This document shows, one piece after another, positions 62,587-64,000 of a DNA stretch of 64,000 nt. Position 1 is the first letter of the stretch. Each line of letters starts with the position of its first letter. Both the position numbers and the translations under genes were made by a program. Below the pieces are notes generated by a model. That model was not told where the DNA came from. It made no database searches and saw only the letters and a program-made list of their open reading frames with translations. Source of the stretch: an uncultured Chloroflexia bacterium (GTDB lineage Bacteria; Chloroflexota; Dehalococcoidia; DSTF01; JALHUB01). The DNA lies in NCBI GenBank assembly GCA_963726245.1, contig CAVSBT010000019.1:1-64000 (forward strand), given 5' to 3'.

Positions 62587-63759
62587 TCACGCCACGGCCA
62601 GATCTTCATCCTTTGGCCCCTCGCCCTGCCGCGAGGCCGCTGCCTCGGCCAATTGTGAGGCCTCCGTCAGGAGGGGGTTCTCCTCCCTGCCCAGGCCGGG
62701 CGCCACGACGGTGAGGCGCTCGCCGACGGCCGCTTCCTCCAGGATGCGCTCGTAGAGCGCCAGGTAGCCTTCCGCCATGCGCTGAGCCGAGAGGTTCTCC
62801 TCCACGTGGCGCCGGCAGCGCCGCGGATCGATTTGGCCTACCTGATGAACGGCGCCCACCATGCTGTCGACGTCGCGCACCAGGAAACCGGTCTCGCCGT
62901 CCACCAGCAGCTCCGCTGCAGCGCCGCGCGCGAAGGCTACGACGGGCGTGCCGCAGGCCATAGCCTCCACCATCACCAAGCCAAAGGGCTCCTCCCAGCA
63001 GATGGGGACAAGGAGACAAGAGGCCCTGGCGTAGAGCTCTCGCTTCAGGGCGCCATCCACCTCCCCCACGAACTGAATTAGCTGGCCGTCGATGAAGGGT
63101 TCCACGCTCTCGTGGAAGTACTGACGGTCCACGCGGTCGACCTTGGCCGCGATGATGAGGCGCTTCCCCAGTCGCCGTGCCGCCTCGATGGCCAGGTGGG
63201 TGCCCTTTTCGGGCGCCACGCGGCCCAGGAAGAGGAGGTAGTCGCTCTTCCGCTCTTCGTAAGGAAAGCTCTCTACGTCGATGCCGTTGTAGACAACGCC
63301 GCAATAGGTTCCTCCCCACACCGGGGGCATTGCGCGCCGTTCGGCGTGGCTGATGGCGTTGTACCAGCCGTTGTAGCGGTCCCAGACGAACTGGGTGTCC
63401 GGCGTGAGGAGGCAGTGCATGGTGGAGAGCACGGGCACGTCTACCAGGCAGCTCATGGCCATAGCCAGCTCGCCGGCGTGGTTGTGCACGATGTCGAAGT
63501 CCTTCGCCGCCCTGAGGGAGAGGGCGATGTGCATCCAGTCGTAGGGCTGCCGGTCCTGAAGGTCGTTGGCGGTGCGCAGGCTCCGGGGATAGACAGATGA
63601 GAGCTCAGCGGAGGTGATGGAGTCGCCGGAGGCGCAGAGCGTGACTTCGTGTCCTAATCGCACCAGCTCCTCGCAGAGAACGCTGACGACAGCCTCCGTG
63701 CCGCCGTAGCGAGGTGGAGGCACCGCCTCCCACAGAGGAGCGAGCTGCAATATCCTCAA
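62587..63759 (-). CDS. Glycosyltransferase family 4
   Basis: LAPLWEAVPPPRYGGTE, LGHEVTL.ASGDS, FLGRVAPEKG, WEEPFGLVMVEAMACGTPV. Confidence 0.93.
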   Translation of the reverse strand: MRILQLAPLWEAVPPPRYGGTEAVVSVLCEELVRLGHEVTLCASGDSITSAELSSVYPRSLRTANDLQDRQPYDWMHIALSLRAAKDFDIVHNHAGELAMAMSCLVDVPVLSTMHCLLTPDTQFVWDRYNGWYNAISHAERRAMPPVWGGTYCGVVYNGIDVESFPYEERKSDYLLFLGRVAPEKGTHLAIEAARRLGKRLIIAAKVDRVDRQYFHESVEPFIDGQLIQFVGEVDGALKRELYARASCLLVPICWEEPFGLVMVEAMACGTPVVAFARGAAAELLVDGETGFLVRDVDSMVGAVHQVGQIDPRRCRRHVEENLSAQRMAEGYLALYERILEEAAVGERLTVVAPGLGREENPLLTEASQLAEAAASRQGEGPKDEDLAVA

Positions 63760-64000
63760 ATACGATTCACCTTTCTAGGGGGTGAGCATCCCCCCGAGCC
63801 TCGTAACTCGTGACGTGGTCGCCATAGTGAGAGCGGTACACCTGATTGGGCTGCTGGTCGGCGGCCCGTGTGAGTTAGAGGCTCCCTCCTTGGAGCCCGC
63901 AGTTGTGGACGGGACTATGAGGCGAAACGGCTCATCCCGTGCCTATCATTATACCCTGCCGATGCAAAGGCCTGGTAGAGGAAAGGGCGAGGAATGGAAG

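Noticed and set aside
63909-63940. ctatgaggcgaaac as a hammerhead ribozyme core
   Set aside because: Lacks the CUGANGA consensus and stem II; better explained as a simple hairpin in the GT4 leader

Overview
High-GC bacterial chromosomal window. Gene content and order (guaA | tsaC-rpiB-polyprenyl synthase-pgk-apgM-tpiA-miaA-dapF-dapL...hflX; cmk-plsC-ispH-glmS-ppsA-dgt-dnaG-rpoD; thyX) suggest Chloroflexota, probably Dehalococcoidia (inference). Many essential genes carry single-base indels (guaA, dapF, dapL, glmS, ppsA, rpoD start, nfo end), so this looks like an imperfectly polished long-read assembly and frameshifts are treated as sequencing errors. No rRNA, tRNA, CRISPR array or integrase was recognised. 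Small accessory insertions punctuate the housekeeping backbone: (i) a ~2.6 kb orphan-gene island before hflX containing a promoter-driven hairpin RNA candidate and a 46-aa HTH ORF; (ii) a lipoprotein gene bracketed by two diverged alleles of the same 42-nt gene end, next to an orphan 3' tail of a nicotinate phosphoribosyltransferase gene; (iii) a decayed IS1595-family element whose right end survives and which carries a long putative antitoxin plus PIN nuclease pair; (iv) a possible abortive-infection-like gene between two family III CoA-transferase genes. Also notable are an 1801-aa 10xPAS-GGDEF-GAF-HD-GYP protein, a surface protein with a recent ~460 bp internal duplication, and at least four families of short palindromic repeats, some nested inside each other. 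All calls come from reading translations and motifs; no database searches were run.
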